From: an uncultured Candidatus Saccharibacteria bacterium
Lineage (GTDB): Bacteria > Patescibacteriota > Saccharimonadia > Saccharimonadales > JAGQNJ01
NCBI GenBank assembly: GCA_964602865.1
Contig: CAZRSX010000001.1
Coordinates: 153,986 to 217,985, forward strand
Direction of reading: 5' to 3'
Length of the DNA: 64,000 nucleotides
In this document: in pieces, positions 9,113 to 19,174 of the stretch
Layout: the number at the start of each line of letters is the position of its first letter
How positions within the stretch are numbered: the first letter of the stretch is position 1
Made by a program: the position numbers and the translations under genes
Notes under the pieces: generated by a model
Databases searched by the model: none
What the model was told of the DNA's origin: nothing
What the model saw: only the letters and a program-made list of their open reading frames with translations

Positions 9113-11716
9113 ATGATGAGAGTAGTACGCAGCCTAAAGCACCACAATCGCTTGTTCGTAACGGGCATGCTGTTGTTTAGTCTTGTAATGTCAGTGCTTC
9201 CTGGTAGCATATCTGCACAAACTGCAGGATGGACCGATAGCGACAATCCTGTATTGGGTCCGGCGCAACCGCTCAATGGCCAGCCGAGACCAAAGACACT
9301 GTCTGGTTACGGCAACGTTGATTGCGCAGACCATAAGTTTGTCACAAAACCGGCAAATATCGTGCTTAGTCAGCCAGAAGTCAGCCATGTTGCTTGTGCT
9401 GTGAGCACGAACCACGGCATGGCAAGTGGCGGCTGGATACAGCTCAATGGAACACAAACGGCGGGTCGAATCAGCTCGCCGAGCGGTGCGCCGATGGGGG
9501 CTTCTTTTATACCACATTCGTCTACTCTGATGGTGCTGTATTCTGATCAAGGCTCTTTCAAGGTGCACTTCTACAAAGACTTCCATACCCTGATAACGCC
9601 AGAAATAATGAGCAATGGCGAGGTTAAGTACAAACTGCCTGGGTCGCCAACCAAAGTACTAGAGAAAGCTGATGGGACTGACCTATATATTCGCCCAGAC
9701 ACCACCAGCTTCTCCAATAACGGCAGGTGGATGGTGACACATTCGCCGGGTGCTGTTATTCGGATAGATCTCGAGACGTTTGAGGTCGTACCGTTTCGCG
9801 ACAATTTTACGTATCACCTTGGCACCGATCCACAAGTACGCACCGCCATTAGCGATGATGGTAAATATGCGGTGGTAACAGCCAATGGGGGCAGTTTCGA
9901 GATCACTGACGTGTCGAGCTGCGCACCGGTACCGCCTAATTTTATTTACCCAGTAGCTTGTGACAAGAAATTAGTCACGCCCTTCCTGGTACAAAACATC
10001 ACGGGCTACATCAGAGCAAACCAGATGAGGTTCGTCGGTAACGATGCAGTAGATTTCTATTCCTCGTATCTTGACGGTAGCGGTACGCGCATTCCGGCAA
10101 AATATCGTCTGGTAACACCTGGCGGAACAGTCGGAAATATTGGCTATCTTGCGCTTGGCGATTCGTTTGCTTCGGGTGAGGGTGCTTATAATTACTTCGA
10201 AGAGACCGACAGCAACGAAAATCGCTGTCATCTGTCGCGCGATTCGTATCCGTATTTGATCGGCTCTGTGCTGAATTTGGATTCGTATAACTCAGTCGCT
10301 TGTTCCGGCGCGGTTCTGTATAACATTACGCACGCCCCGCAACACACTGATATTCCGCATCCAAACTCGTTAGGTGGTTTGTTGCCTGGCCTGCGCAAGC
10401 AACTTCATTATGTGAGCAGAGAGCAGCCAGAGGTGATAACGGTCGGAATTAGCGGAAATGATATCGGGTTTGGGCAGATAGTAAAAAGATGTGTCGATCC
10501 CCGCCGTGGTCTTGTGCCCTGTTTTGAGACATATGAAGATAGATACGAGCTTGCTCAAAAAGTGCGAACCCAGTACGGTAAACTTATCGCAACATTCGCA
10601 GACATTAAAGCGACAGCAAAGCCAAATGCCAAAATATATGTACTAGGCTACCCAAAGCTGGCGCAGAATGACGGCGATTGTGCTGTCAACGTCCGACTCA
10701 ATAACGAAGAAATTAAATTCTCAAATCACCTGATAGAATACTTGAATAATATTATCAAGCTGTCGACAGACAGGACGGGCGTTCGCTATGTCGATGTGTC
10801 CGATGCTTTTGCTGGTCATAAACTATGTGAGACGATCTCAAGTGACGTAGCGATAAACGGCTTGACAGCTGGCAAGGGAATTCCATTTAGTTTCGGACTG
10901 GTTGGTAATGAAAGCTACCACCCAAACAAACTTGGACATCAACTGTATAAGAGTAAGATTATCGAACAAACCAATAGTTTTACTGTGGCAATGCCTGAGC
11001 CCAACGAGAATCTATGGCCACCAGCGATAACAGACGATTTGCCACTGCTGCAAGATGCTCCCAGGACAAATCGACAGATTCGGCAAATCGATTTTGATGA
11101 GAATATTGCTGATGATACAGCAACAAAAGGTTCGGCTTTCAGTGTCGCGGTTGATACCGCAAAGAATATGCTCAAGCGCCTGGCAAACGTTAGGATTGAA
11201 TTACATTCAGACCCCATAGATCTCGGCACGTTTACGACGGACGATGTCGGTAATCTGGACGCAAATGTAACGATTCCAAATACTGTTGCGCCTGGTTTCC
11301 ACACCCTACATGTTATTGGTCAGAACGTTGCTGGCGAGGATATTGATATCCAAAAGACGATCTACATCAAACACAGCGAGGAAGATTACGACGGTGACGG
11401 CATACCAAACACAATGGACGCTTGCCCATACTCAGAAAATGGCTGGTACGATCGAGATGCTGACGGTATTGACGATGCTTGCGACGGCTTCATAGACGAG
11501 TGGCCAGAAGATGGCATATCAGAAAATCCAGTAGAACCCGGAGCAACCCCAGAACCCGCTAACCCTCCAAGCGAGCCTCAAGCACAGCAAGGTGGCAATC
11601 CTATCTTGCCTTTGCCCGAACCAGCAGCTACAACGAAGCAGCCGCCTATCCTAGTTTTCATAAAAAGTGCTCTGGCCCTCGTGTTTGCAGTCTTAAAAAA
11701 CATTAAGCTATACTGA
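9113..11716 (+). CDS. large extracellular SGNH/GDSL hydrolase with Ca-binding (thrombospondin type-3-like) repeats
   Basis: Signal peptide (LLFSLVMSVLPGSISAQT). SGNH block I is YLALGDSFASGEGA, block II is GISGNDIGF, and block V is HPNKLGH. A DYDGDGIPNTMDACP...DRDADGIDDACD segment and a C-terminal TM follow. The ATG at 9113 is preceded by AAAAGGTGG. Confidence 0.75.
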   Translation: MMRVVRSLKHHNRLFVTGMLLFSLVMSVLPGSISAQTAGWTDSDNPVLGPAQPLNGQPRPKTLSGYGNVDCADHKFVTKPANIVLSQPEVSHVACAVSTNHGMASGGWIQLNGTQTAGRISSPSGAPMGASFIPHSSTLMVLYSDQGSFKVHFYKDFHTLITPEIMSNGEVKYKLPGSPTKVLEKADGTDLYIRPDTTSFSNNGRWMVTHSPGAVIRIDLETFEVVPFRDNFTYHLGTDPQVRTAISDDGKYAVVTANGGSFEITDVSSCAPVPPNFIYPVACDKKLVTPFLVQNITGYIRANQMRFVGNDAVDFYSSYLDGSGTRIPAKYRLVTPGGTVGNIGYLALGDSFASGEGAYNYFEETDSNENRCHLSRDSYPYLIGSVLNLDSYNSVACSGAVLYNITHAPQHTDIPHPNSLGGLLPGLRKQLHYVSREQPEVITVGISGNDIGFGQIVKRCVDPRRGLVPCFETYEDRYELAQKVRTQYGKLIATFADIKATAKPNAKIYVLGYPKLAQNDGDCAVNVRLNNEEIKFSNHLIEYLNNIIKLSTDRTGVRYVDVSDAFAGHKLCETISSDVAINGLTAGKGIPFSFGLVGNESYHPNKLGHQLYKSKIIEQTNSFTVAMPEPNENLWPPAITDDLPLLQDAPRTNRQIRQIDFDENIADDTATKGSAFSVAVDTAKNMLKRLANVRIELHSDPIDLGTFTTDDVGNLDANVTIPNTVAPGFHTLHVIGQNVAGEDIDIQKTIYIKHSEEDYDGDGIPNTMDACPYSENGWYDRDADGIDDACDGFIDEWPEDGISENPVEPGATPEPANPPSEPQAQQGGNPILPLPEPAATTKQPPILVFIKSALALVFAVLKNIKLY

Positions 11717-11732
11717 AACACAACATTTTGCT

Positions 11733-12104
11733 CTATTTTGTTTTTTGCACAGAACGCAAGGAGATAAAGCCTAGAATTATTCCAATAGCTATCAAAATAA
11801 ATGCAAGCTGCATATCGAAGTAAGGATTGTCAGACGAGTTATAGATGTGCTTGCCTATGCCCTTATTTGGTCCTCCAGATATAGCAAAATTTATTAAAAT
11901 TAACCAGCCGACCACAACGCAGGCGATGGATGAGTATTTTAAATATTTAAAACCAGATTTTTTATGGATTCCCTGTTGCGAATACCTATGATGTTTTCGT
12001 GCTATGAGTATGGTTCCAATTATAAGCAGTACGATCAATGCTATAAAAGGTAACGCTATCATAAATGCTGCAAAAAGAAGTTCGTATCCACCATCATTAT
12101 ACAT
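11733..12104 (-). CDS. small integral membrane protein (3-4 TM)
   Basis: 123-aa ORF that is strongly hydrophobic. No recognisable family. Confidence 0.4.
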   Translation of the reverse strand: MYNDGGYELLFAAFMIALPFIALIVLLIIGTILIARKHHRYSQQGIHKKSGFKYLKYSSIACVVVGWLILINFAISGGPNKGIGKHIYNSSDNPYFDMQLAFILIAIGIILGFISLRSVQKTK

Positions 12105-12132
12105 AGCAGAAAACAGTATAACTGCTTATTGA

Positions 12133-12396
12133 AAAAAGACAACACTGAGTGAATTTGAGCAAGCAGAAAGGGGTAAAACCTACGTGATTGGTAATGTCGG
12201 CTTAGAGAACACAAGTGGCGAAACAAAACCATATAACGTGTTTGATTTTCGTATTCAAGCGGGAGGCGGCCAAGTGCTTGATCACGCATTCGCGAGTGTT
12301 GATAACCCACTTAACTCAGGAGATCTTGTAGCTGGGGGTAAAGTGAGCGGGCAAATTATTTTTGAAGCTCCAATTGAAAAAGCAACCAATACATAA
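12133..12396 (+). pseudogene. 5'-truncated DUF4352-like (Ig-like extracellular) domain fragment
   Basis: The frame is open from 12133 with no ATG. The sequence ...YVIGNVGLENTSGETKPYNVFDFRIQAGGGQVLD...SGDLVAGGKVSGQIIFEAP matches only the C-terminal two-thirds of DUF4352. There is no signal peptide or lipobox. Confidence 0.4.
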
Positions 12397-12463
12397 TCTG
12401 GAAGCCTCACGCCTTCAATTCAGACCGTGCGATAGTGCAGGTTAAGTAGCATGACCAGGTAGC

Positions 12464-12835
12464 CTAACCTGATAATTCGCCTGAACTTTGTGGCGGATAC
12501 AGTTCGGCAGTGACACGTAAAGCCATTGCCACAATTTCCCATGCCGGTGAATCCGCTCGGACATAGTCTACAGTTCTTGCTCCACGCTCTGAAGGCAAGC
12601 GCTCAACCATGCCAAGATTGGTTAGGATCTCCAATTGTTTATGTATTTCGGACGGCGAAACTTTATCTTCACCCATGCTCTCGCGAAGCTCAAGCGCGAA
12701 AAATGGTTGGTGGTTCAACAGTTTTTTTGATGACAGCAGCAGCAACGTCCAAACGACGCGTATGACCAAAGAGTCCCTTGATGAATGCTTCTCGAGTAGG
12801 CGGCTTTTCTGGCATAATTTTGTGCATATTACCAT
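12464..12835 (-). CDS. winged-helix transcriptional regulator (ArsR/PadR-like)
   Basis: The pattern FFALELRESMGEDKVSPSEIHKQLEILTNLGMVERL....TVDYVRA is HTH plus wing. The start codon is uncertain. Confidence 0.45.
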   Translation of the reverse strand: MVICTKLCQKSRLLEKHSSRDSLVIRVVWTLLLLSSKKLLNHQPFFALELRESMGEDKVSPSEIHKQLEILTNLGMVERLPSERGARTVDYVRADSPAWEIVAMALRVTAELYPPQSSGELSG

Positions 12836-12917
12836 ATTATGTAACCAATGTACATAATCGAACTATAGTTCAAGAAGGCGGGTGTTTTCCTGATATAATA
12901 AGCAGCAGAAACCGCTT

Positions 12918-14900
12918 ATGAAAGAAGATAAAGACAAAGAAGCCCATCTGGAAGCCGTTAAGAAAGAGCTCAATGAGAAAATTGAGCAGTTGATGGGTCC
13001 GACTATTGAAGACCAAGCCCCGGCCAGTAAACGGATTAGTCCGGCCAAAGCCGCCGACCCGAATGCTAATCGTAGAACTGCTGTCTCTGAGCCTGCGACC
13101 GCACCACTGGTTGGCGGTGCGAAGGCTACTAAAGAGCCGACTAAACAAGCCCCAGAAGTAGCCGAAGCGGGAGCAGGACAGCCAGATCCAAGCGACACGC
13201 CACTTGACGATGACATAGACAAAGCAGTTGATGATATCGCAGCCCAAGAAAGCGATGAGCTGCTGAAAGCCGAAGACGAAGCCGTGCAGCGTGCCTTTGA
13301 ACCGCAAGCACCAAAAACATTTGGACAGAAGATCAAAGATTTTTTCAAAAACTGGTGGGGCAATCCAAAAGCCCGCAAAGCCACCATTAGTGCCATATGT
13401 GTGACGCTCGTTGTGCTCGCAGTAGTGCCAACCACACGGTACTTTATACTCAACACGCTTGGCGTGCGCAGTAGTGCCAGTGTGAAAGTGTTAGACCAAA
13501 GCACTCAACAGCCGCTGAGAAATGTAACCGTGAGTCTGTCTGGCCAGAGCGGACAGACCGATGACCAGGGCTACGTCAAACTGCAAAAGATACGACTGGG
13601 CAAAAACGAGCTCAAAGTAGAGCGCCGGGCATTTGCAACCACGACCAAGCCGCTCACCATCGGCTGGGGCAGCAATCCACTTGGAGAAGTACCATTGACG
13701 CCAACAGGGCTACAGTATGCGTTTAAGACGACAGACTTTTTGTCCGGTAAGCCGATCGAAAGAGCCGAAGCCGTCAGCGGCTATGCTAGTGCGTTCTCCA
13801 ATGCCAATGGTGAACTCGTGTTAACGCTCGACACTAAAAGCGACGACGCCGTCCAGGTTACCATAAAGGCCGATGGCTACCGCGAAGAAAACATGGTTAT
13901 CACGAGTGACCAAGAAACGGTTGACGTCAACATGGCACCGTATCTAAAACACGCTTTTGTCAGCAAACGCTCTGGCAAGTTTGATGTCTACAAAATTGAT
14001 GCTGATGGCAAAAACGAAGAACTCGTGCTGGCTGGCAACGGCGCTGAGCGCGATGACATGCTACTGGCACCCCATCCATCGCGCAATGTAACGGCGTTGG
14101 TCTCAACACGAGAAAATATGCACAACAGCGATGGTTACCTGCTGAGCACCTTGACCATCATCGATCTTGATACAAACGAGACAGAAAATCTCGAGCAATC
14201 AGAAAAATTCCAAATCGTGGGCTGGATAAATGACCGATTGATATACGTCAAAGTGACGTCCGGGGCAAGTACTAATAACCCCGATCGCCATAAACTGATG
14301 TCGTATGACAGCGACACGAATGAGACGAAAGAACTAGCCAAGACTAATTACTTTAACGACGTGCTCATCGCGCAAGGCAGGGTCTACTACGCGCCGTCAG
14401 GCGCATTCCAGAACAAGGCAGACGTCAAGTTATTTGTGGTCGATCCAGATGGCAACAACCGAACGGCCCTGATAGATAGCGAAACATGGAATTTGTTCAG
14501 AACTGACTACAATACACTTACTATTGCTGTTGGCCAGGCCTGGTACGAGTACGCTATCGGCGGGCAAGAAGCACCGTACTCCTTGAACGGCGTACCGGCA
14601 GATCCATTGTCGCGAATCTATATTAGCAGCCCGAATAATCAACGCAGCCTCTGGACAGATCAGCGTGATGGCAAGGGCGTGCTGCTGGTTTACGACATAG
14701 AGAAACAAGAGGATAGGAATCTCGCGTCAGCGAGCGGTCTTACTAATCCCATTCGCTGGCTGAACAATACGACGGCGGTGTACCGTGTCCGGACGGACCA
14801 AGAAACAGCCGACTATATTGTCAGTACCGAGGGCGGCGATCCAAAGAAACTGATTGATGTGACGAATACCGGCGGCATTGACAACTGGTATTATTACTAG
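12918..14900 (+). CDS. membrane-anchored protein with CarboxypepD_reg-like domains and a TolB/PD40-like beta-propeller
   Basis: Acidic disordered N-terminus and a single TM (ATISAICVTLVVLAVVP). Two beta-sandwich modules (VKVLDQSTQQPLRNVTVSLSGQSGQTDDQGYV) precede repeated propeller-like blades. Confidence 0.5.
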   Translation: MKEDKDKEAHLEAVKKELNEKIEQLMGPTIEDQAPASKRISPAKAADPNANRRTAVSEPATAPLVGGAKATKEPTKQAPEVAEAGAGQPDPSDTPLDDDIDKAVDDIAAQESDELLKAEDEAVQRAFEPQAPKTFGQKIKDFFKNWWGNPKARKATISAICVTLVVLAVVPTTRYFILNTLGVRSSASVKVLDQSTQQPLRNVTVSLSGQSGQTDDQGYVKLQKIRLGKNELKVERRAFATTTKPLTIGWGSNPLGEVPLTPTGLQYAFKTTDFLSGKPIERAEAVSGYASAFSNANGELVLTLDTKSDDAVQVTIKADGYREENMVITSDQETVDVNMAPYLKHAFVSKRSGKFDVYKIDADGKNEELVLAGNGAERDDMLLAPHPSRNVTALVSTRENMHNSDGYLLSTLTIIDLDTNETENLEQSEKFQIVGWINDRLIYVKVTSGASTNNPDRHKLMSYDSDTNETKELAKTNYFNDVLIAQGRVYYAPSGAFQNKADVKLFVVDPDGNNRTALIDSETWNLFRTDYNTLTIAVGQAWYEYAIGGQEAPYSLNGVPADPLSRIYISSPNNQRSLWTDQRDGKGVLLVYDIEKQEDRNLASASGLTNPIRWLNNTTAVYRVRTDQETADYIVSTEGGDPKKLIDVTNTGGIDNWYYY

Positions 14901-14943
14901 ACAGGTATGCCACGCTCTTTCTTTGGTTTGCTATCATAGGAGT

Positions 14944-15414
14944 ATGAGTAATATCCGCGAAGTCATCGACGCATGGAAGCCTTACATTGCTGCTATAAGC
15001 GATTGGCAAAAGCTGGTTCAGCATGTTGAACCCAAACTAACTCAATGTGGCCCAGTGTATGAAATACCGAACCCGATTGAAGGGCGCGAAAATGAAAGCT
15101 TTGCCATATCAGACATGCGTCAGGTGAAACGAGCCGCACCGCACTATCATACCAATGGTGAAACAGAGATCTACTTTATATTGCAAGGTGAGGGCTTGAC
15201 GGTAGACGGCGGCAAAGAAATACCGATAAAGCAAGGATCGATTGTTATTACACCGCCAAATACAGCCCATTTTACTATTCCAAAACAAGACCTTGTTTTG
15301 GTAGTTATTAATACCCCTCCGTTCAGCCCCCATAATTGCATTGATATTAGTGAAACTGATGAAAAACTGGGGTTTGATAAAGCACAATACGAAAGGTTAA
15401 CAGCAGCGTTGTGA
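14944..15414 (+). CDS. cupin-domain protein
   Basis: Cupin_2 motifs HYHTNGETEIYFILQGEG and ITPPNTAHF. The ATG at 14944 is preferred over the ORF-track start at 14878, which overlaps the upstream gene. Confidence 0.7.
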   Translation: MSNIREVIDAWKPYIAAISDWQKLVQHVEPKLTQCGPVYEIPNPIEGRENESFAISDMRQVKRAAPHYHTNGETEIYFILQGEGLTVDGGKEIPIKQGSIVITPPNTAHFTIPKQDLVLVVINTPPFSPHNCIDISETDEKLGFDKAQYERLTAAL

Positions 15415-16019
15415 GAACCATTCCGAATCACGACATCAACAGGCCAGTTGTGGGTTATATGCTCAACACAGAAATTAGTCCTGAGAATTGCCCACAGATT
15501 AGCCATATTCAGGCCCATCTCAGCGAGCACTTTGGAGATGCAGTGTGGAATACTCCTCCCGAAACACTCCACATAACGCTCTTTGATTGGCTGGCTCCGC
15601 TTGTGGATTACGGTCAAGACAAAGAGCGGCTGTTTGAGCAGATATTTCCGGAGTACGATAAGGCGGTCCGCAAGGCAGTTGCACAAGAGCACCTAGTTCG
15701 AGTGACATTCGATACCATTAATGTGTCGCCAGCCGCAGTATTCATCACCGGTCATGACGACGGCACTTTTGCTCGTATTCGGAAGTTTTTTCTCGACCAT
15801 GCTGTTTTGCTGCCGAATACAAAGTTACCGCCGCAGATTATCCATTCCACCATTGCTCGTTTTGTCGGGGAGCTGAGCGTAGAAGAAGTCCAGGCTTCGC
15901 TCAAAGGACTTCACCTTTCCTTTGAGCAGCCTGTTGCCAGTTTCCGTTTAATAAAAGAGACGCTCGATCCGATGCTACAGTTTGAAGAGATAAAACGTTA
16001 CCAACTGAAGGGGGTGTAG
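15411..16019 (+). CDS. 2H phosphoesterase superfamily protein (LigT / 2'-5' RNA ligase-like)
   Basis: Two HxT/S motifs are spaced as in 2H enzymes (LHITLFDW and IHSTIARF). The GTG start overlaps the cupin stop by 4 nt. Confidence 0.6.
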   Translation: MRTIPNHDINRPVVGYMLNTEISPENCPQISHIQAHLSEHFGDAVWNTPPETLHITLFDWLAPLVDYGQDKERLFEQIFPEYDKAVRKAVAQEHLVRVTFDTINVSPAAVFITGHDDGTFARIRKFFLDHAVLLPNTKLPPQIIHSTIARFVGELSVEEVQASLKGLHLSFEQPVASFRLIKETLDPMLQFEEIKRYQLKGV

Positions 16020-16021
16020 CC

Positions 16022-16246
16022 GTGTGGAAAGAAGCGAACAATTCAATAAGCAGAGAATTCAAGTTTGCAGATTTTAAGACAGCACTTGAGTTTGTCAATA
16101 ACGTCGGTGAGCTTGCAGAACAAGCCAATCACCACCCGGATATTGAGCTTGGCTGGGGCAGGGTAAAGGTAGCACTGACAACACATTCCGAGAACAAGGT
16201 AACTGATAAAGATCGTAAACTGGCGGAGGCGATTGATAGGCTTTGA
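16022..16246 (+). CDS. pterin-4-alpha-carbinolamine dehydratase (PCD/DCoH)
   Basis: 74 aa. FKFADFKTALEFVNNVGELAEQANHHPDIELGWGRVKVALTTH is a canonical PCD core. Confidence 0.8.
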   Translation: MWKEANNSISREFKFADFKTALEFVNNVGELAEQANHHPDIELGWGRVKVALTTHSENKVTDKDRKLAEAIDRL

Positions 16247-17052
16247 AACTTACGCAAGCACAAATTCAGGAGTTCCAGGAAACCCTGTGGGATTACTACG
16301 CTAAGCATGCCCGCGACTTGTCGTGGCGCCGAACAAGCGACCCGTACAAGATCTTGGTGTCGGAAATCATGCTACAACAAACTCAAGTTACCAGAGTGCT
16401 GCCGAAGTACGACTTTTTCCTCGAGCAGTTTCCTGATGTGAAGGCACTGGCAGCCGCAAATCTTGGGGACGTACTCACGGCGTGGAGCGGCTTGGGCTAC
16501 AATCGCCGCGCGAAATATTTGTGGCAAGCAGCCCAAGAAATCATGCAGGGACACAAAGGAGAGTTTCCAAAAAAGCTTAACGCGTTAACTACTTTACCAG
16601 GAATTGGCAAAAATACGGCTGGCGCCCTGCTCGCCTATGTCTATAACGAGCCGGTATTATTTGTGGAGACGAATGTTCGCAGCGTCTATATTCACCACTT
16701 CTTTGCTGATCGGTCTGATGTATCGGACAAAGAAATACTGCTGCTGCTCGAACAAACCCTAGACAGAGAAAATCCACGGGAATTTTACTGGGCGTTGATG
16801 GATTACGGCTCACACCTGAAAAAGAAACAAGGCAACAACATAATCAAAAGTAAGCACTACGCCAAACAGTCGAAGTTTCATGGTTCAAAACGCCAGATTC
16901 GCGGCCAGGTTATCCGTCTGCTAACGGAAAAAGAACGGGCTGGCTCAGAGCTAGCCGAATTGATTACTGACAAGCGGCTCACCGTAGTACTTGATGAGCT
17001 GCAAAAGGAAGGATTAGTTATACACAGCCACGGCGTTTACCGTCTTGGTTAA
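16243..17052 (+). CDS. HhH-GPD DNA glycosylase, MutY/Nth-like, with no cysteines
   Basis: SEIMLQQTQV (MutY catalytic Glu context), an HhH LPGIGKNTAGA, and GYNRRAKYL. The protein has no Cys at all, so the usual 4Fe-4S loop is absent. The C-terminus looks winged-helix-like rather than NUDIX-like. Confidence 0.7.
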   Translation: MKLTQAQIQEFQETLWDYYAKHARDLSWRRTSDPYKILVSEIMLQQTQVTRVLPKYDFFLEQFPDVKALAAANLGDVLTAWSGLGYNRRAKYLWQAAQEIMQGHKGEFPKKLNALTTLPGIGKNTAGALLAYVYNEPVLFVETNVRSVYIHHFFADRSDVSDKEILLLLEQTLDRENPREFYWALMDYGSHLKKKQGNNIIKSKHYAKQSKFHGSKRQIRGQVIRLLTEKERAGSELAELITDKRLTVVLDELQKEGLVIHSHGVYRLG

Positions 17053-17088
17053 GCTTGGCAGGTAGGGTACAATAAACGGCAGTCTACT

Positions 17089-17787
17089 ATGTCTGACAGG
17101 GGAATAAATAAATTAATCAAAATCGTAGCAGTACTTATTCTGCTCCCGTTGGGTGTGGTCATTCCGACCTTGAGTCTTGAGAGCTACTATGCCCCACCGA
17201 CCAGTGCCCAGACGACGGATAAGGAACTCGAAGAACGCCTCAAAACATATAAAAGTGCGCTCAAAGAAGAACTCAGAACCACCGAACAGCAACGCATTAA
17301 ATTGCGTTGTCTTGCTGTTCAGACTAATATCAAGACACTCAACGTACGGGTTGAATCGGTACAGACCAAGCGCGCTACTGCCTACGACAATATTACGAGC
17401 AAACTCAATGATCTGATTACCAGACTGGACGCACAGGCGTTTGATGTCACTACGCTGCAAGAAAGTACCACTACGCTTACTGAGAAGGTAGATGCCTACA
17501 AGAGTACCATGACTGAGTATGCTCAGGCGGTTGAGGATTTGACGGTCATTGATTGTGCACAAGATCCGACTTCGTTTAAAGCGGCACTAGAAACCGCTCG
17601 TACGAAACATCGGCAACTGGTCACCATGGTCGGGGACATCCGCACCTTTATTGCCAATACCACCAAGCCGCAGCTACAAACCATTAAAGCGGCACTGGGG
17701 AAAAGTCAAACAACAGAGCCTGCATTGACGACCGACCCTGATACTCCCACGACGAACATTGAGCCAACAACAGGGAGCGAGGAATAG
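17089..17787 (+). CDS. secreted/anchored coiled-coil hypothetical protein
   Basis: N-terminal hydrophobic segment (IVAVLILLPLGVVIPTLSL) followed by a long helical heptad-like region and a Thr/Pro-rich tail. Confidence 0.4.
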   Translation: MSDRGINKLIKIVAVLILLPLGVVIPTLSLESYYAPPTSAQTTDKELEERLKTYKSALKEELRTTEQQRIKLRCLAVQTNIKTLNVRVESVQTKRATAYDNITSKLNDLITRLDAQAFDVTTLQESTTTLTEKVDAYKSTMTEYAQAVEDLTVIDCAQDPTSFKAALETARTKHRQLVTMVGDIRTFIANTTKPQLQTIKAALGKSQTTEPALTTDPDTPTTNIEPTTGSEE

Positions 17788-18348
17788 ATGAACCCAGAGA
17801 ACCAACAAGATCCATTGCAACCGCAAGCTACCCCGCAACCACAGCCGTTGCAGCAGCCGGTGATGGACATACAGCGACCCGCTATGCCACAGCAGCCGTC
17901 TGCACCCGTGCAGCCAGAACCAGTGCCGCAACCGTTTGTCTCGCCGCAACAAGACTTTCAACAGCAGCAATTTGCACCGACACAGCCACAGCCGGATCCA
18001 ATGCCAAACCCGAACGCGCAAGAGGTCGGCGCACCAAACTATGAACAGCAGCATGTTGCGCTCAACAAACAAGTCAACAAAAAGCGTCGTGGCATCATCA
18101 TTGTGATTGCGCTCGCAGTGCTTATTACGATAGGGCTCATCGGCGCAGCCGGCTATGCTTACTGGCAATCACGCAGCGCGAACCAGCCTGAACAAACGAC
18201 ATCGACAGAAACGGTTACCGACGACGGCCGAGTTGACGCTACAGATATTGACGAGACGGTGACGGAAATCGACAACTCGCTCAACAGTATTAATGACTCT
18301 GAAGACTTCGGTACAAACGATCTCAGTGACGACGGCATCGGCCTCTAA
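17788..18348 (+). CDS. Pro/Gln-rich single-pass membrane protein
   Basis: The ATG directly abuts the upstream stop (TAGATG). P/Q-rich N-terminus, a TM (GIIIVIALAVLITIGLIGAAGYAYW), and an acidic C-terminus. Confidence 0.4.
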   Translation: MNPENQQDPLQPQATPQPQPLQQPVMDIQRPAMPQQPSAPVQPEPVPQPFVSPQQDFQQQQFAPTQPQPDPMPNPNAQEVGAPNYEQQHVALNKQVNKKRRGIIIVIALAVLITIGLIGAAGYAYWQSRSANQPEQTTSTETVTDDGRVDATDIDETVTEIDNSLNSINDSEDFGTNDLSDDGIGL

Positions 18349-18371
18349 ATAAGTAGAGCTTAATTAGCCAT

Positions 18372-19136
18372 CTAGGCAACGGCTGCGCGAGAAGCCGTTT
18401 CTTGCAATAGCGCTTGATAAGTTTCGGCAGAGTTTACGTTGTAGGGAGTTGTTTGTAGGACGTGGGCACCAATAAGCCCCTTTGCAATCAATGCTTTCAC
18501 GATTTCTTCTTCTAGTGCCATACAATGTTCCGTGACCAGTCCAGATAGTGCACTCAGTACGGGCGCAGCCGGTTCAAACACGTAAATTCCAATATTAATG
18601 AGGTCGCTTTCTTTTGTCCTTTTAACTCGCGCAAAGTTGGTGATTTGCCCATTGTCAGATACGTCGAAAACTGCACCTTTGTCAACCTCTACTGTTTGCC
18701 CGACGACAAATGTGACTGGGTAGTCATTCGAGTGATGCGCGTCAAGTACGTTGTCCCATGAAAAGTCAGCGTAGAAATCTCCACTTGAACCAAACACGCA
18801 CACCTTTTCTGTAACTAGTTTGGGTATAAACGGACGGAAAGAATTACCGTACTCTGTGTATCTTACTCTAACCTCGGAATCGTCGATAAGGGGAGCGACA
18901 TCCGGACTCATTTCGATGTATAGATTATTATCGGGAGTTGTATGAATGGTGATAGGTCCAGATACTGGTGCATCAATTGCTTGGCGTGTTACTCGTCCTA
19001 GGAGTGTTTCCCCGTTAGGATTCCCCGTTGGGAGTAAGAGCTTGGGATATCCATCCGGGTAGCCAAGTTCAGTAATGTGACCGCGAAGTCGATTTGATTT
19101 GCCTGCAGCAGCAATTTCTATTCCAATTTCTGACAT
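18372..19136 (-). CDS. sugar-phosphate nucleotidyltransferase family protein
   Basis: The N-terminal G-rich loop IEIAAAGKSNRLRG is like the NTP_transferase signature. An alternative GTG start lies at 19151. A GATAAT hexamer lies 7 nt upstream of the ATG at 19136. Confidence 0.55.
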   Translation of the reverse strand: MSEIGIEIAAAGKSNRLRGHITELGYPDGYPKLLLPTGNPNGETLLGRVTRQAIDAPVSGPITIHTTPDNNLYIEMSPDVAPLIDDSEVRVRYTEYGNSFRPFIPKLVTEKVCVFGSSGDFYADFSWDNVLDAHHSNDYPVTFVVGQTVEVDKGAVFDVSDNGQITNFARVKRTKESDLINIGIYVFEPAAPVLSALSGLVTEHCMALEEEIVKALIAKGLIGAHVLQTTPYNVNSAETYQALLQETASRAAVA

Positions 19137-19174
19137 CGCAGACATTATCACATTATTCTTCGGTATAACAAAGC

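Noticed and set aside
12863-13504. 213-aa and 145-aa minus-strand ORFs
   Set aside because: They are antisense to the acidic N-terminus of the 660-aa membrane/propeller protein. They are Ala/Ser-rich, low-complexity, and have no start context.
17674-18168. 164-aa Cys/Leu/Arg-rich minus-strand ORF
   Set aside because: It is the antisense shadow of the Pro/Gln-rich gene at 17788-18348 (CAG/CCG repeats read backwards).
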